Shown here in pieces: positions 7,659-16,573 of a stretch of 21,583 bases of DNA (positions are counted from its first letter, which is position 1; every line of letters begins with the position of its first letter). Source of the DNA: Candidatus Thorarchaeota archaeon. GTDB taxonomy: Archaea; Asgardarchaeota; Thorarchaeia; Thorarchaeales; Thorarchaeaceae. The stretch is taken from assembly GCA_016933575.1 (NCBI GenBank), contig JAFGAR010000055.1:1-21583 (forward strand), written 5' to 3'. The notes under the pieces are model-generated. The model made no database searches, was not told the origin of the DNA, and saw only the letters and a list, made by a program, of their open reading frames with translations. Made by a program: the position numbers and the translations under genes.

Positions 7659-9170
7659 CTAGTTAGCACCTCCTTGTTGAACGAGTGATTGTCTTAGGAT
7701 GATGAATGACACTATGGCAAAAACTGCTTGGATGATTCCGACTGGAAGAGCTAGAAGTAAAAGACTCACATTCAATAATACGATTCCTAGTACACCAATT
7801 GCTATCCATACGAAAGAAGTCGCAATGGCGAGCACAAGTCCAGTTGAACTCCGTGTAAACATAAGAATGAATGAACTGAATCCAACAATTCCACAAAGTA
7901 GGAGGAATCCCCCCACTATGATCCACTGCACCGCAAGCAGAGAAAAGTAGCGAGTGATACTCGCGAAAGCTATGATTGATGTGACCAATGTAGTGCCAAG
8001 AGTAAGGAAATGTGGAGTGCCTTCCTTTGGTAACTCCTTTATCCATCTAGCTTCATCATATCCTCTATCTATCAACCAGTCGATAATTCTTGGTGCTGCT
8101 ACAAAGACCACGATCAGACCCTGAATAACAGTAATCAATTCCAAAGGCACATCAGTTATAGTCTGCATCTGATTGCCACCTGCTCGAAGAGCTCCGAAGA
8201 AGATAGCTCCAAAAAGAACGCCAAAGGGATTATTTCCGCCCAACACCGCGACAGTGATACCATCCCAGCCAAGGCCATAGGAGAAATTATCTACAAATCG
8301 ACCATGATAACCAAGAATCTCTCCTGCTCCACCAAGTCCTGCCAAGGCTCCTGCGATGCCCAGTGCCAAGGCAATATTTTTCTTTGAGTTGATACCTGCA
8401 GCTTCGGCTGCCTCTCTGTTGATACCTACAGCACGCAATTCATACCCAAGGACGGTTCTATTGATTAGGAAATCAATGGCAAAGACAGCTAATAGCGCGA
8501 CGATGAAAGCCCAGCTAAGAAATGCCCCAAAGATCTTCGGTAGCTCGGCTGTCACTAGAATATCTGGGGTTTCCAGTACATATTCATTACCTGGCTCGAG
8601 GAAGGGTCCAGACACGAGCCAATGCGTCAAAATGAGTGCTGTATAGCTTAGCATCATGGTAGTGACAACTTCATGAGCTCCTCGGTAAGCTTTGAGAAGT
8701 CCAGGTACGAATCCCCAAAGTCCACCCATTAGGGCAGCAAATGCCATAGCAACTAAAGGATGGATCACGATTGGCAGAGACACTGAGTATCCTATTATCG
8801 CTGCCGTGATTGCACCGATGTAAAGTTGGCCTTCGGGCCCAATGTTGAAGAGACCGCATTTGAAAGCCAAGGCGACTGAGAGCCCAGTGAATATCAATGG
8901 AGTGGCGTAGAAAAGGACTCGATCAAAGCGAACCACCGCCCCTTGTATCAGAGCGATCCAGGCGAGTCCTGCATTGTAGCCGACTATGATCATGACAAGC
9001 GTTCCCACGAGCATTGCTAAGACTATTGACCCGAAAGTCACAGCCATTGTTTTCTGGAATTCAGGACTTGATAGTTTTCTCAAAATCGAAGAAAAGAAAC
9101 GCTGAACAACGTTGGATTTCTTATCTCTTATTGTATCTGGTATGTTCGATACAATACTCTCATTGCTCAT
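7659..9170 (-). CDS. ABC transporter permease (nucleoside/CUT2 type, NupB/NupP-like) with a C-terminal TM extension
   Basis: Motifs TPLIFTGLSVALAFKCGLFNIGPEGQ, HEVVTTMML, GYELRAVG and GWDGITVAVLG. Confidence 0.9.
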   Translation of the reverse strand: MSNESIVSNIPDTIRDKKSNVVQRFFSSILRKLSSPEFQKTMAVTFGSIVLAMLVGTLVMIIVGYNAGLAWIALIQGAVVRFDRVLFYATPLIFTGLSVALAFKCGLFNIGPEGQLYIGAITAAIIGYSVSLPIVIHPLVAMAFAALMGGLWGFVPGLLKAYRGAHEVVTTMMLSYTALILTHWLVSGPFLEPGNEYVLETPDILVTAELPKIFGAFLSWAFIVALLAVFAIDFLINRTVLGYELRAVGINREAAEAAGINSKKNIALALGIAGALAGLGGAGEILGYHGRFVDNFSYGLGWDGITVAVLGGNNPFGVLFGAIFFGALRAGGNQMQTITDVPLELITVIQGLIVVFVAAPRIIDWLIDRGYDEARWIKELPKEGTPHFLTLGTTLVTSIIAFASITRYFSLLAVQWIIVGGFLLLCGIVGFSSFILMFTRSSTGLVLAIATSFVWIAIGVLGIVLLNVSLLLLALPVGIIQAVFAIVSFIILRQSLVQQGGAN

Positions 9171-10828
9171 TGCTGTGGCACCTCCTCCACCTCATCTCTC
9201 TTGTGTCCTGCTATTAGCAAACCAAGTTCTTGATTATCTGTTTCTTCTGGAGATCGAAACGCGACTATCTCTCCATCATATATCACAGCTATTCTGTCTG
9301 CGATATTTCGAATCTCATCCAACTCAGCTGATATAAGAAGAACAGCCGTGTTGCTATCCCGCATATTGATGAGCACCTTATGGATGAACTCAGTCGCACC
9401 GACATCCAAGCCTCTGGTAGGTTGTGCTGCCAGAATCAACTTGGGATTGGTTGAGAGCTCTCTTGCTACCACCACTTTTTGCTGATTGCCTCCTGAGAGT
9501 GTGCTAGCAGATGCTTCTATGTCTGAGATCTTGATCGAGTACATGTCTACAAGCCGCTCAGAATGATCCGCCATAGAGTCGAAATTTAATATCGCATTGG
9601 CGGGACCTGTGGCAAATGGTTCGATGTAGTGTTTTCCAAGGGCAAGGTTATCTCGAATTGAGAAGCCAAGTACGAGGCCTCTAGCATGTCGATCTTCTGG
9701 GATATGGCTAATACCTGCTTCACGTATTTCTCGAACACTTCTGCCTGTTATATCGATACCCTCAATGAAAACTCGGCCTTGTCTTGGTTTTCTGAGACCA
9801 GCTAATGCCTCGACAAGCTCTGTCTGACCGTTTCCTTCAACTCCAGCAATCCCTACAATTTCGCCAGCACGTACCTCAAGACTCACCCCCTTCACAGCAG
9901 AAAGTCCTCGATTATCATCAACATGAAGATTTTCGATCTTCAACACGACATCTCCAGGCATAGATGGCATCTTCTCTGTAGTGAAGACAACGGGGCGACC
10001 GACCATCATTCTTGCCAATTCTTGGGGAGAGGTATCTTTCTTATCGACAGTGCCTACTAAGGCACCATCACGTAGCACTGTGATTCTGTCACATAGAGCC
10101 ATACTTTCACGTAGTTTGTGCGTAATGAGAATGATTGTTCGACCAGCTTTCTTGAACTTATCAAGGGTGACGAATAGCTCATCGACTTCTTGTGGAGTGA
10201 GGACCGAAGTAGGCTCGTCAAGAATTAGAATGTCTGCATCTCGATAAAGCGTCTTGATGATTTCTACGCGCTGTTGAAGACCCACAGAGATATCCTGGAT
10301 TCTTGCATAAGGATCGACGTTTAATCCATTTTCCTCTGCAATTCGCTTGATTCTTTCTGCAGCGCCAGAGATGTCAGTTGGCATTAGTTGTCTAAATGCA
10401 CCTACTAGCGTGTTTGTGGCTTTCTTCACCTTCGAAAGCAAGCTGTCTTCGTAGTCCTCAGTCTCGATTTTTACTGGTTCTCGAAGCTTGATTGGCTCGA
10501 GTCCAAGAATGACATTTTCTGTGACCGTCAAGGTAGGTATCAGCTTGAAATGCTGATGAACCATGCCGATTCCTCTAGCAATAGCGTCATGAGGTGACCT
10601 TAGTGATACTTCCTCACCTCGAATCCTAATCATACCCTCATCTTGTGAAAGCAATCCATACAGTATGTTCATTAGTGTGCTCTTGCCAGCACCATTTTCT
10701 CCGAGAAGACCATGCACTTCACCCTCTTCTATTCGAAGTGTGATGTTCTTATTAGCTTGAACGCCACCTGCAAAGGTCTTGGAGATATTTTCTAGCTCAA
10801 CAGCGTAGATAGCGGAATCCTCCTTCAT
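9167..10828 (-). CDS. ABC transporter ATP-binding protein, tandem NBD (CUT2 / NupA-like)
   Basis: Walker A GENGAGKST, GMVHQHF, ILDEPT, a degenerate second Walker A GVEGNGQTE, LSGGNQQK and QPTRGLDVGA. ATG at 10828 preferred over TTG 10873. Confidence 0.93.
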   Translation of the reverse strand: MKEDSAIYAVELENISKTFAGGVQANKNITLRIEEGEVHGLLGENGAGKSTLMNILYGLLSQDEGMIRIRGEEVSLRSPHDAIARGIGMVHQHFKLIPTLTVTENVILGLEPIKLREPVKIETEDYEDSLLSKVKKATNTLVGAFRQLMPTDISGAAERIKRIAEENGLNVDPYARIQDISVGLQQRVEIIKTLYRDADILILDEPTSVLTPQEVDELFVTLDKFKKAGRTIILITHKLRESMALCDRITVLRDGALVGTVDKKDTSPQELARMMVGRPVVFTTEKMPSMPGDVVLKIENLHVDDNRGLSAVKGVSLEVRAGEIVGIAGVEGNGQTELVEALAGLRKPRQGRVFIEGIDITGRSVREIREAGISHIPEDRHARGLVLGFSIRDNLALGKHYIEPFATGPANAILNFDSMADHSERLVDMYSIKISDIEASASTLSGGNQQKVVVARELSTNPKLILAAQPTRGLDVGATEFIHKVLINMRDSNTAVLLISAELDEIRNIADRIAVIYDGEIVAFRSPEETDNQELGLLIAGHKRDEVEEVPQQ

Positions 10829-10874
10829 AACTTCTAGATACAATGGATAGGCATCATGAATTAGAGAACTCAAG

Positions 10875-10890
10875 AATACCTCGAGGTATT
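10875..10890. promoter_or_regulatory. Perfect 16-bp palindrome (candidate operator) upstream of the ABC ATPase gene
   Basis: AATACCTCGAGGTATT is its own reverse complement and overlaps a minus-strand TTTAATA TATA-like element. Confidence 0.45.
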
Positions 10891-10906
10891 AAACAGTACG
10901 GTTCCT

Positions 10907-10945
10907 AAAAAAAGAATGAGAGACCTCTAAGGTCTCTCAGATTCT
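10907..10945 (-). terminator. Hairpin plus U7 terminator/attenuator between the BMP gene and the ATPase gene
   Basis: 10-bp stem TGAGAGACCT (10917-10926) / AGGTCTCTCA (10930-10939) with a 3-nt loop, followed on the minus strand by T7 (10907-10913), just after the BMP stop at 10954. Confidence 0.7.
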
Positions 10946-10953
10946 ATACACAT

Positions 10954-12030
10954 CTAGTATGTAATGGCATCAACAAGTGCGGTCAGATTACTTGGAACGG
11001 TGTAGGTACCTGCAATGATACCTGCCTTGAGTTCTTCCACCGCAGTGATGACTGATGATGGGAGTGTCAGCAATTCCTCATTTACTTCATAGCCAAGACC
11101 ATTGTTGGCTAGATTGAAGACATTGATTCCAGCCGCAAAGGTGCCTAGCATTACCTTCTGGATAGTGCTGTAGACAGCAATGTCAACTCTCTTGAGCATT
11201 GAGGTCAAGCCAACAGTTGGAGGCTCGGGATCATTAGTGTTCGCACATCCAAGGTACATCTGCGGACTATCGACACCAATTGCCCATAGAGGATTTGGAA
11301 ATCCAGTAGTGTCATTGTTATTCTTTGCACTGGTGAAGACCCCAAGACCTGAGCGCCCTGCGGCAGCAAAGATGACATCAGTTCCAGCGGTATACATCGC
11401 ATCAGCGAGGTTCTGACCTGCAGTGGTGTCTACCCAATCGTTTGTATATGCGATGGTATAGTTCACGCCATCATTGACATGATCTGCACCCCACACATAA
11501 CCAGCTGCGAACTTGTTGATCAGAGGAATATCCAATCCCCCGATGAATCCTACCTTGTCAGATACCGTGGTAAGCCCGGCAATTGCTCCGACCAGAGCCG
11601 AGCCTTCATGCTCATCGAAGACCAGGCTGGCTACGTTGGGCTGATCAACGACCATATCCACAATCGCATATTTTTGATTCGGAAACTCAGCAGCTGTTTC
11701 ATTCAATGCATCTGCTTGGTCGAATCCAATTGATATGATAAGGTCATATACCCCAGCCTCAGAGAAGTCTCTGAGGAATCCTTCATATTCACTGATTTGG
11801 GTTGGTTCTGCATAGGTGAAATTCCACCCGAAATCAGTGCGTGCCATGACAGCACCGTCGTAAGCAGCATCGTTGAATGACTTGTCACCCAGTCCACCTG
11901 TAGCAAATACGATTGCCACGCGTGGTCCTGTTGGGAAGAGCAATGGTCCAAGTAGAACTATGCCTGCGACTCCAGCCACTACAATTATGATAACAACAAT
12001 GACTGCTATTGTCTTTGTGTTAGAACTCAT
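10954..12030 (-). CDS. BMP-family ABC substrate-binding protein (PnrA/TmpC-like, purine nucleoside type), N-terminal TM anchor
   Basis: Motifs GGLGDKSFND, EHEGSALVG, DVIFAAAG, AIGVDSPQ and TSMLKRVD. It has an N-terminal hydrophobic anchor without a lipobox Cys and several N-glycosylation sequons. Confidence 0.92.
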   Translation of the reverse strand: MSSNTKTIAVIVVIIIVVAGVAGIVLLGPLLFPTGPRVAIVFATGGLGDKSFNDAAYDGAVMARTDFGWNFTYAEPTQISEYEGFLRDFSEAGVYDLIISIGFDQADALNETAAEFPNQKYAIVDMVVDQPNVASLVFDEHEGSALVGAIAGLTTVSDKVGFIGGLDIPLINKFAAGYVWGADHVNDGVNYTIAYTNDWVDTTAGQNLADAMYTAGTDVIFAAAGRSGLGVFTSAKNNNDTTGFPNPLWAIGVDSPQMYLGCANTNDPEPPTVGLTSMLKRVDIAVYSTIQKVMLGTFAAGINVFNLANNGLGYEVNEELLTLPSSVITAVEELKAGIIAGTYTVPSNLTALVDAITY

Positions 12031-12076
12031 TTGTTTCTGTTCTCCTCGCGTTGTCGACTAACAGCGTCTGATAGGG

Positions 12077-12093
12077 TATTGCTTAAAGCAATA
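12077..12093. promoter_or_regulatory. 17-bp palindrome TATTGCTT-A-AAGCAATA (candidate operator overlapping a TATA-like element of the BMP gene)
   Basis: 8-bp perfect arms. The centre reads TTTAAG on the minus strand, about 55 nt upstream of the BMP ATG. Confidence 0.5.
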
Positions 12094-12163
12094 ACCATAC
12101 CACTAGAACATTTGCGATTCCTACTTAAAAGGTCTACTTCTTGAGAAAACCAAGTTTACTCTA

Positions 12164-12185
12164 AATGCTATTTGCATTATGCAAA
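12164..12185. promoter_or_regulatory. Two overlapping TGC-N5-GCA palindromes upstream of the hydrolase gene
   Basis: AATGC-TATTT-GCATT (12164-12178) and TTTGC-ATTAT-GCAAA (12171-12185). Confidence 0.4.
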
Positions 12186-12222
12186 CACAAGACTCAAAGG
12201 ATGCTTGAGGAAATGAATCCTT

Positions 12223-12963
12223 ATGTCGGTGCATATCGAGGAATTCGGAGATCAAGACACAACATCGCTAATTCTTGTTCATGGAGCTGGCGGGTCATCA
12301 GCAACATGGTTCATGCAGTTACGAGGCCTTCAAGACAGGTTTCATGTCATCGCCATCGACCTCAATGGGCATGGAAGGACTCCTGATCGAAACGAATCAG
12401 ATATACTCCAATCGTATCTTGATGACATAGACCATATTGTCACCCAGTTCAATAAACCATATCTTGGGGGACATTCAATGGGCGGTGCACTGACACAGCT
12501 ATACTCACTGAGATATCCTGACAAACTCAGCGGCATCATTCTCATTGGGACCGGGGGTCGACTGAGAGTGCATCCAATGATCTTCGAGATGCTTAGAAAT
12601 AACTTTGATGAATATGTGCGATCATCTGCTTCCTTTATGTTCGATGAATCCACATCAAGTGAGGTGATCACTGCGTCCCAGAAGGAGATTCGCAAGTGCA
12701 AGCCCTCTATCATCGAACGGGACTTTCGAGCTTGTGATGGATTTGATATCATGGACAAAGTCAGCAGGATCAACCTTCCTACCTTGATCCTTGTTGGTGA
12801 GAATGATCAGATGACCCCGGAGAAATACTCCACTTATCTTCATGAGAATATCAAGAAATCTGTCATGAGAGCGATACCGAAGGCGGGTCATGCAGTGATG
12901 CTGGAGCAATCTGAATTGCTTAATCGCAGTATAGCAGAGTGGGTACTTGAACAGAAGAAATAA
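12223..12963 (+). CDS. Alpha/beta-fold hydrolase (esterase/lipase-like)
   Basis: LVHGAGG oxyanion motif, DLNGHG, nucleophile elbow GHSMGG, acid in GENDQMT and His in AGHAVM. Confidence 0.9.
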   Translation: MSVHIEEFGDQDTTSLILVHGAGGSSATWFMQLRGLQDRFHVIAIDLNGHGRTPDRNESDILQSYLDDIDHIVTQFNKPYLGGHSMGGALTQLYSLRYPDKLSGIILIGTGGRLRVHPMIFEMLRNNFDEYVRSSASFMFDESTSSEVITASQKEIRKCKPSIIERDFRACDGFDIMDKVSRINLPTLILVGENDQMTPEKYSTYLHENIKKSVMRAIPKAGHAVMLEQSELLNRSIAEWVLEQKK

Positions 12964-13056
12964 GCTGATTTTAGCTCATATGCTTCTTTTCCCTCAGGAT
13001 TATATAGAAGCTTAAGCAACACTGACACCTGAACTAGAATTGATACGGTGCTAGAA

Positions 13057-14628
13057 ATGGAGAATTCTGAACATACACAAACTATACCTGCGACGCGACG
13101 GGAGCGTCTTTCATGGTATCTGTATGATTTTGCGAACACCTCATTCACGGTTCTGATCGTGACAGCTTTGTTTCCTCTTCTATTTGAAGAACTCGCAGAG
13201 CTATATTTCATGGATGATTATATCACAGGGCAGGCATTATGGGGATTTGCTGGGAGCGTAACGATGGCTATCGTTGCTCTCATGTCGCCTATTCTCGGAG
13301 CAATTGCAGATTACACTGGTTCAAAGAAGAGGTTCCTAGTCTTCTTTACGCTGCTATGTGTGTTTTTCAATGCGATGCTTTTCTTCACATCACTTGATAC
13401 ACCCATTGTTCTTGGAATGCCAATATGGTTGTGGGCATGGGTCTTCTTCATCATCGCAAATGTTGGATTTGAAGGAGCACTGCCTTTCTATGATGCATGG
13501 CTACCAGAGATCAGTGATGAAACCACAATTGGCAAGATAAGCGGGTTCGGGTACGCTGCAGGCTATCTTGGAGCAATGTTCACAATCATCATTGCATTGG
13601 TAAGCGTATTAGCATTAGGAACATATTCAACTGTTCCTTATCTCCTTGGAGCAGTGTTCTTCCTGGTCTTTGCTATTCCCGCAATCATGGGACTTAAGGA
13701 CCGACCACCCCATCGATTCACCGAGGAAATTGACCCAAGCGGGAAACTATATGCAGCAGGTTTCTTTGGGCTAGCAATCACAATAGCTATCGTCCTTGCC
13801 ACAGGGTTCACCTTGGGAATACTCTCGTATCTTTTTGGTATAGTTTTCTTCGTTACATGGATGATTCTTGCTAATATCATTCTTGGATCTCGACGGAGTA
13901 TTGAGAGTAGACCAAGTGAGAAACCTAACATTGTGCTAATTGGATTCTCACGAATCGCTCGAACAATACGAGAGATACGTTCCTATCAAGGAGTACCCCT
14001 CTTCATGGTAGCCTATTTCCTCTTCAGCGATGCCATATCTACAGTTATTGCATATGCAGCAATATTTGGTCGTGCAGTGTATGGCTTCGAACCCGAGATG
14101 ATTCTAATCTTCTTCGCAGTGACCCAGTTGGCTGCAATCCCAGGAGCTTTCATCTTCGGGTATATCGCAGATCATATTGGAACCAAAAGGACCTTGATGA
14201 TCACGCTGGTTCTTTGGATATTTGCACTCTTCATCGCATTTATTGGAGAAGGAGCGATTATCTGGTGGAGTGTAGGAATGATGGCGGGAGTGGGCATGGG
14301 ATCAGCTCAAAGTACAGCGAGAAGCATGTACGGTCAGTTCATGCCTGAAGAAACCAAGGCTGAGATGTTCGGACTTCTTGCGTTCACCGGGAGGTTTGCA
14401 GCGATTCTTGGTCCCTTCGTCTATGGCGTTGTGATTCTATATTCAGGGTCTCTGGGATTGGGAACTGAGCTGGCAAACAGGTATGCACTTCTCAGTGTTC
14501 TATTCTTCTTTGTGCTGGCGTTAATTATCCTGCTAAAGGTACAGCAACCAGTTAAAGGCAAGTCAAAGGTGGGAGCTGAAGTTTTCCTCGCTCTTGATGA
14601 TGACTTCGTAATTAGTGACCTCGAGTAA
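13057..14628 (+). CDS. MFS transporter, UMF1/Atg22 (BtlA/YxiO)-like
   Basis: WYLYDFANTSF, SPILGAIADYTGSKKRFL, FYDAWLPEI, GKISGFGYAAGYLG, GYIADHIGTKR and QSTARS are characteristic of this family. The start could be GTG 13048 or ATG 13057. Confidence 0.88.
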   Translation: MENSEHTQTIPATRRERLSWYLYDFANTSFTVLIVTALFPLLFEELAELYFMDDYITGQALWGFAGSVTMAIVALMSPILGAIADYTGSKKRFLVFFTLLCVFFNAMLFFTSLDTPIVLGMPIWLWAWVFFIIANVGFEGALPFYDAWLPEISDETTIGKISGFGYAAGYLGAMFTIIIALVSVLALGTYSTVPYLLGAVFFLVFAIPAIMGLKDRPPHRFTEEIDPSGKLYAAGFFGLAITIAIVLATGFTLGILSYLFGIVFFVTWMILANIILGSRRSIESRPSEKPNIVLIGFSRIARTIREIRSYQGVPLFMVAYFLFSDAISTVIAYAAIFGRAVYGFEPEMILIFFAVTQLAAIPGAFIFGYIADHIGTKRTLMITLVLWIFALFIAFIGEGAIIWWSVGMMAGVGMGSAQSTARSMYGQFMPEETKAEMFGLLAFTGRFAAILGPFVYGVVILYSGSLGLGTELANRYALLSVLFFFVLALIILLKVQQPVKGKSKVGAEVFLALDDDFVISDLE

Positions 14629-14892
14629 TAGAATAAAGGTGTAGTAGGAGTCATTTTCTTGCTACGCCTTTCATTCCTTATTCCAGAATGTTCTATCAAC
14701 AATGACTTGTCAAGCAAAGCATCTCTAACGCATATTTTCGTATTTCTATTTTCCCTTGCATTCTCCATCTTCGACAAATAATGAAGGAATATTCAGCAAC
14801 CATGAATAAGGATGCCAAGCAAAAGATAGTTCTATGATGAGTCATATCCTGATGTGGAACACTTAATATGGCGGTCACATGCACAGAACCAT

Positions 14893-15624
14893 ATGCAGAT
14901 TCTAGTCGAGCGATTCTTTCATATCGATTTCATTCTGCTGGATCTGCTATTTTGCCTGATATGGATTGCAGTTTTACTGAGACAAGGATACAGACTTGAA
15001 TTCTCTCTGGGACTGATGGGAATCCTCGTGAACTTCATCGTCGATTTCGTCATCTGGTTCAATGTGCAGGGCATTCGTACCTTAGAAGGTCCTATCGACC
15101 CACTATTGTTCTTCATCTACTTTTCGATCACCTATGGCATGGTCGAGTATTCGTATGTCGGTGTGATGTTCAGAGTAAGAACGAATAGACAACGAATTAT
15201 GTGGACTATCCTTCTCTATGGTGGTTGGCTCATCTCTGGATTACTCTCGCAGGTCATACCACTGAACGATACGATGGTCCATGTCACTCGAGAGATGTCC
15301 ATCTACCGGATGCCACAAATTGCCATTGTTATTGTTGGTTTTATTGGACTGCTTCTACTTGCAAAGTCATGGCTTCCGATGAATGACACAACGTATCAAA
15401 GGATTCTGTACCTCTTCCTCGTTGGAATACTCGTACACTTTGGAATGGAGTCCACGTTGTGGTTGGCAGGTATACGTCCGTCCCCTGTTTCTGGTGTCCT
15501 TTTCGAGTTCCTGTTCAATAGCTTTCTTGAGTTCAATACAGGTGTACCAATTCTTTATGTTCTATGGACATATCTCAGAAGCAGAGGCGAATTGGGATCA
15601 ATTGCCTCGCATGAAGTTCAATAG
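14893..15624 (+). CDS. Hypothetical polytopic membrane protein with an internal two-fold repeat
   Basis: About 7-8 hydrophobic helices and the repeated motif GILVxFxx(D/E)xxxWxxxGIR. ATG 14893 preferred over GTG 14854. Confidence 0.7.
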   Translation: MQILVERFFHIDFILLDLLFCLIWIAVLLRQGYRLEFSLGLMGILVNFIVDFVIWFNVQGIRTLEGPIDPLLFFIYFSITYGMVEYSYVGVMFRVRTNRQRIMWTILLYGGWLISGLLSQVIPLNDTMVHVTREMSIYRMPQIAIVIVGFIGLLLLAKSWLPMNDTTYQRILYLFLVGILVHFGMESTLWLAGIRPSPVSGVLFEFLFNSFLEFNTGVPILYVLWTYLRSRGELGSIASHEVQ

Positions 15625-15704
15625 AAAAAAGCTCCTGCACCTGAACTCTCTTTAAGGATATTCGTTCAAGTTTCACATTGAAACTTCTTGAGGATGAAAA
15701 GAAT

Positions 15705-16559
15705 ATGGATGCGCTCCGTAGCATCGCAAAGACATGGAAAGGGAAAAAGACCCAAGAGGGTGCAGGTGTATCACTGAAGCGCGTCTTTGGGTACTACGAA
15801 GTAAGAGATATGGACCCATTTCTGCTCCTCGACTTCTTTGGTTCTAGCAATCCAGAGGACTACATCGCTGGCTTTCCCTGGCACCCTCATAGAGGGATCG
15901 AAACAATAACATACATGCTCAAAGGTCGTGTCAGGCACGGAGACAGTCTCGGAAATAGAGGGGTAATCGGTCCAGGTGAAGTTCAATGGATGACAGCAGG
16001 CTCAGGTATTATCCATGAGGAAATGCCTGAAGGAAGTGAGGGAAATCTCGCTGGATTCCAACTGTGGGCGAATCTACCTGCTCAGGATAAGATGATGTAT
16101 CCTCGATATAGGCCCATAGCATCAGATGATATTCCCATTGTGCGAACAACTGACAATTCGACTGTACGAATCATCGCTGGAGAGGTAAATGGGATAAGAG
16201 GACCGGTCCAAGATGTCGTGACGAATCCTCAATATCTAGATGTATCAATTACTGCTAAAGGGAGTTTTTCACATCGCATTGAGAGAGGGCATACAGCCTT
16301 TGCTTTTCTATTCGAAGGAAAAGGGACCTTTGATTCAAATCATACTGATGTAATAGATGCTGAAACGCTAGTATTGTATTCAGATGGAGATTGTGTAAGC
16401 ATTACTCCTTCAAATGGGGGTATGCGATTTCTGTTGATTTCAGGAAAACCTATCAGAGAGTCGATTGCATGGCGGGGACCGATCGTTATGAACACCGATG
16501 AAGAGCTTGAGATAGCTTTTGAAGAGTACCGAAAAGGTATCTTTCTGAAGGCTAAGTAG
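15705..16559 (+). CDS. Pirin-family protein (bicupin, Fe-binding)
   Basis: EGAGV, DPFLLLD, GFPWHPHRGIETITY, QWMTAGSGIIHEE, FQLWANLP and GPIVMNT. Confidence 0.95.
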   Translation: MDALRSIAKTWKGKKTQEGAGVSLKRVFGYYEVRDMDPFLLLDFFGSSNPEDYIAGFPWHPHRGIETITYMLKGRVRHGDSLGNRGVIGPGEVQWMTAGSGIIHEEMPEGSEGNLAGFQLWANLPAQDKMMYPRYRPIASDDIPIVRTTDNSTVRIIAGEVNGIRGPVQDVVTNPQYLDVSITAKGSFSHRIERGHTAFAFLFEGKGTFDSNHTDVIDAETLVLYSDGDCVSITPSNGGMRFLLISGKPIRESIAWRGPIVMNTDEELEIAFEEYRKGIFLKAK

Positions 16560-16573
16560 ATTCTTCTCAATAT

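Noticed and set aside
6164-12061. Many short plus-strand and alternative-frame ORFs across the ABC locus and the neighbouring membrane gene
   Set aside because: They overlap well-supported genes and have the composition typical of antisense frames.
14834-14852. ATGATGA...CTGA resembling a C/D box sRNA
   Set aside because: The spacer is only 8 nt, and there is no second C'/D pair or adjacent terminal stem.
14421-14884. Minus-strand ORFs 14421-14777 and 14696-14884
   Set aside because: The first overlaps the MFS 3' end. Neither shows recognisable motifs or convincing start signals.
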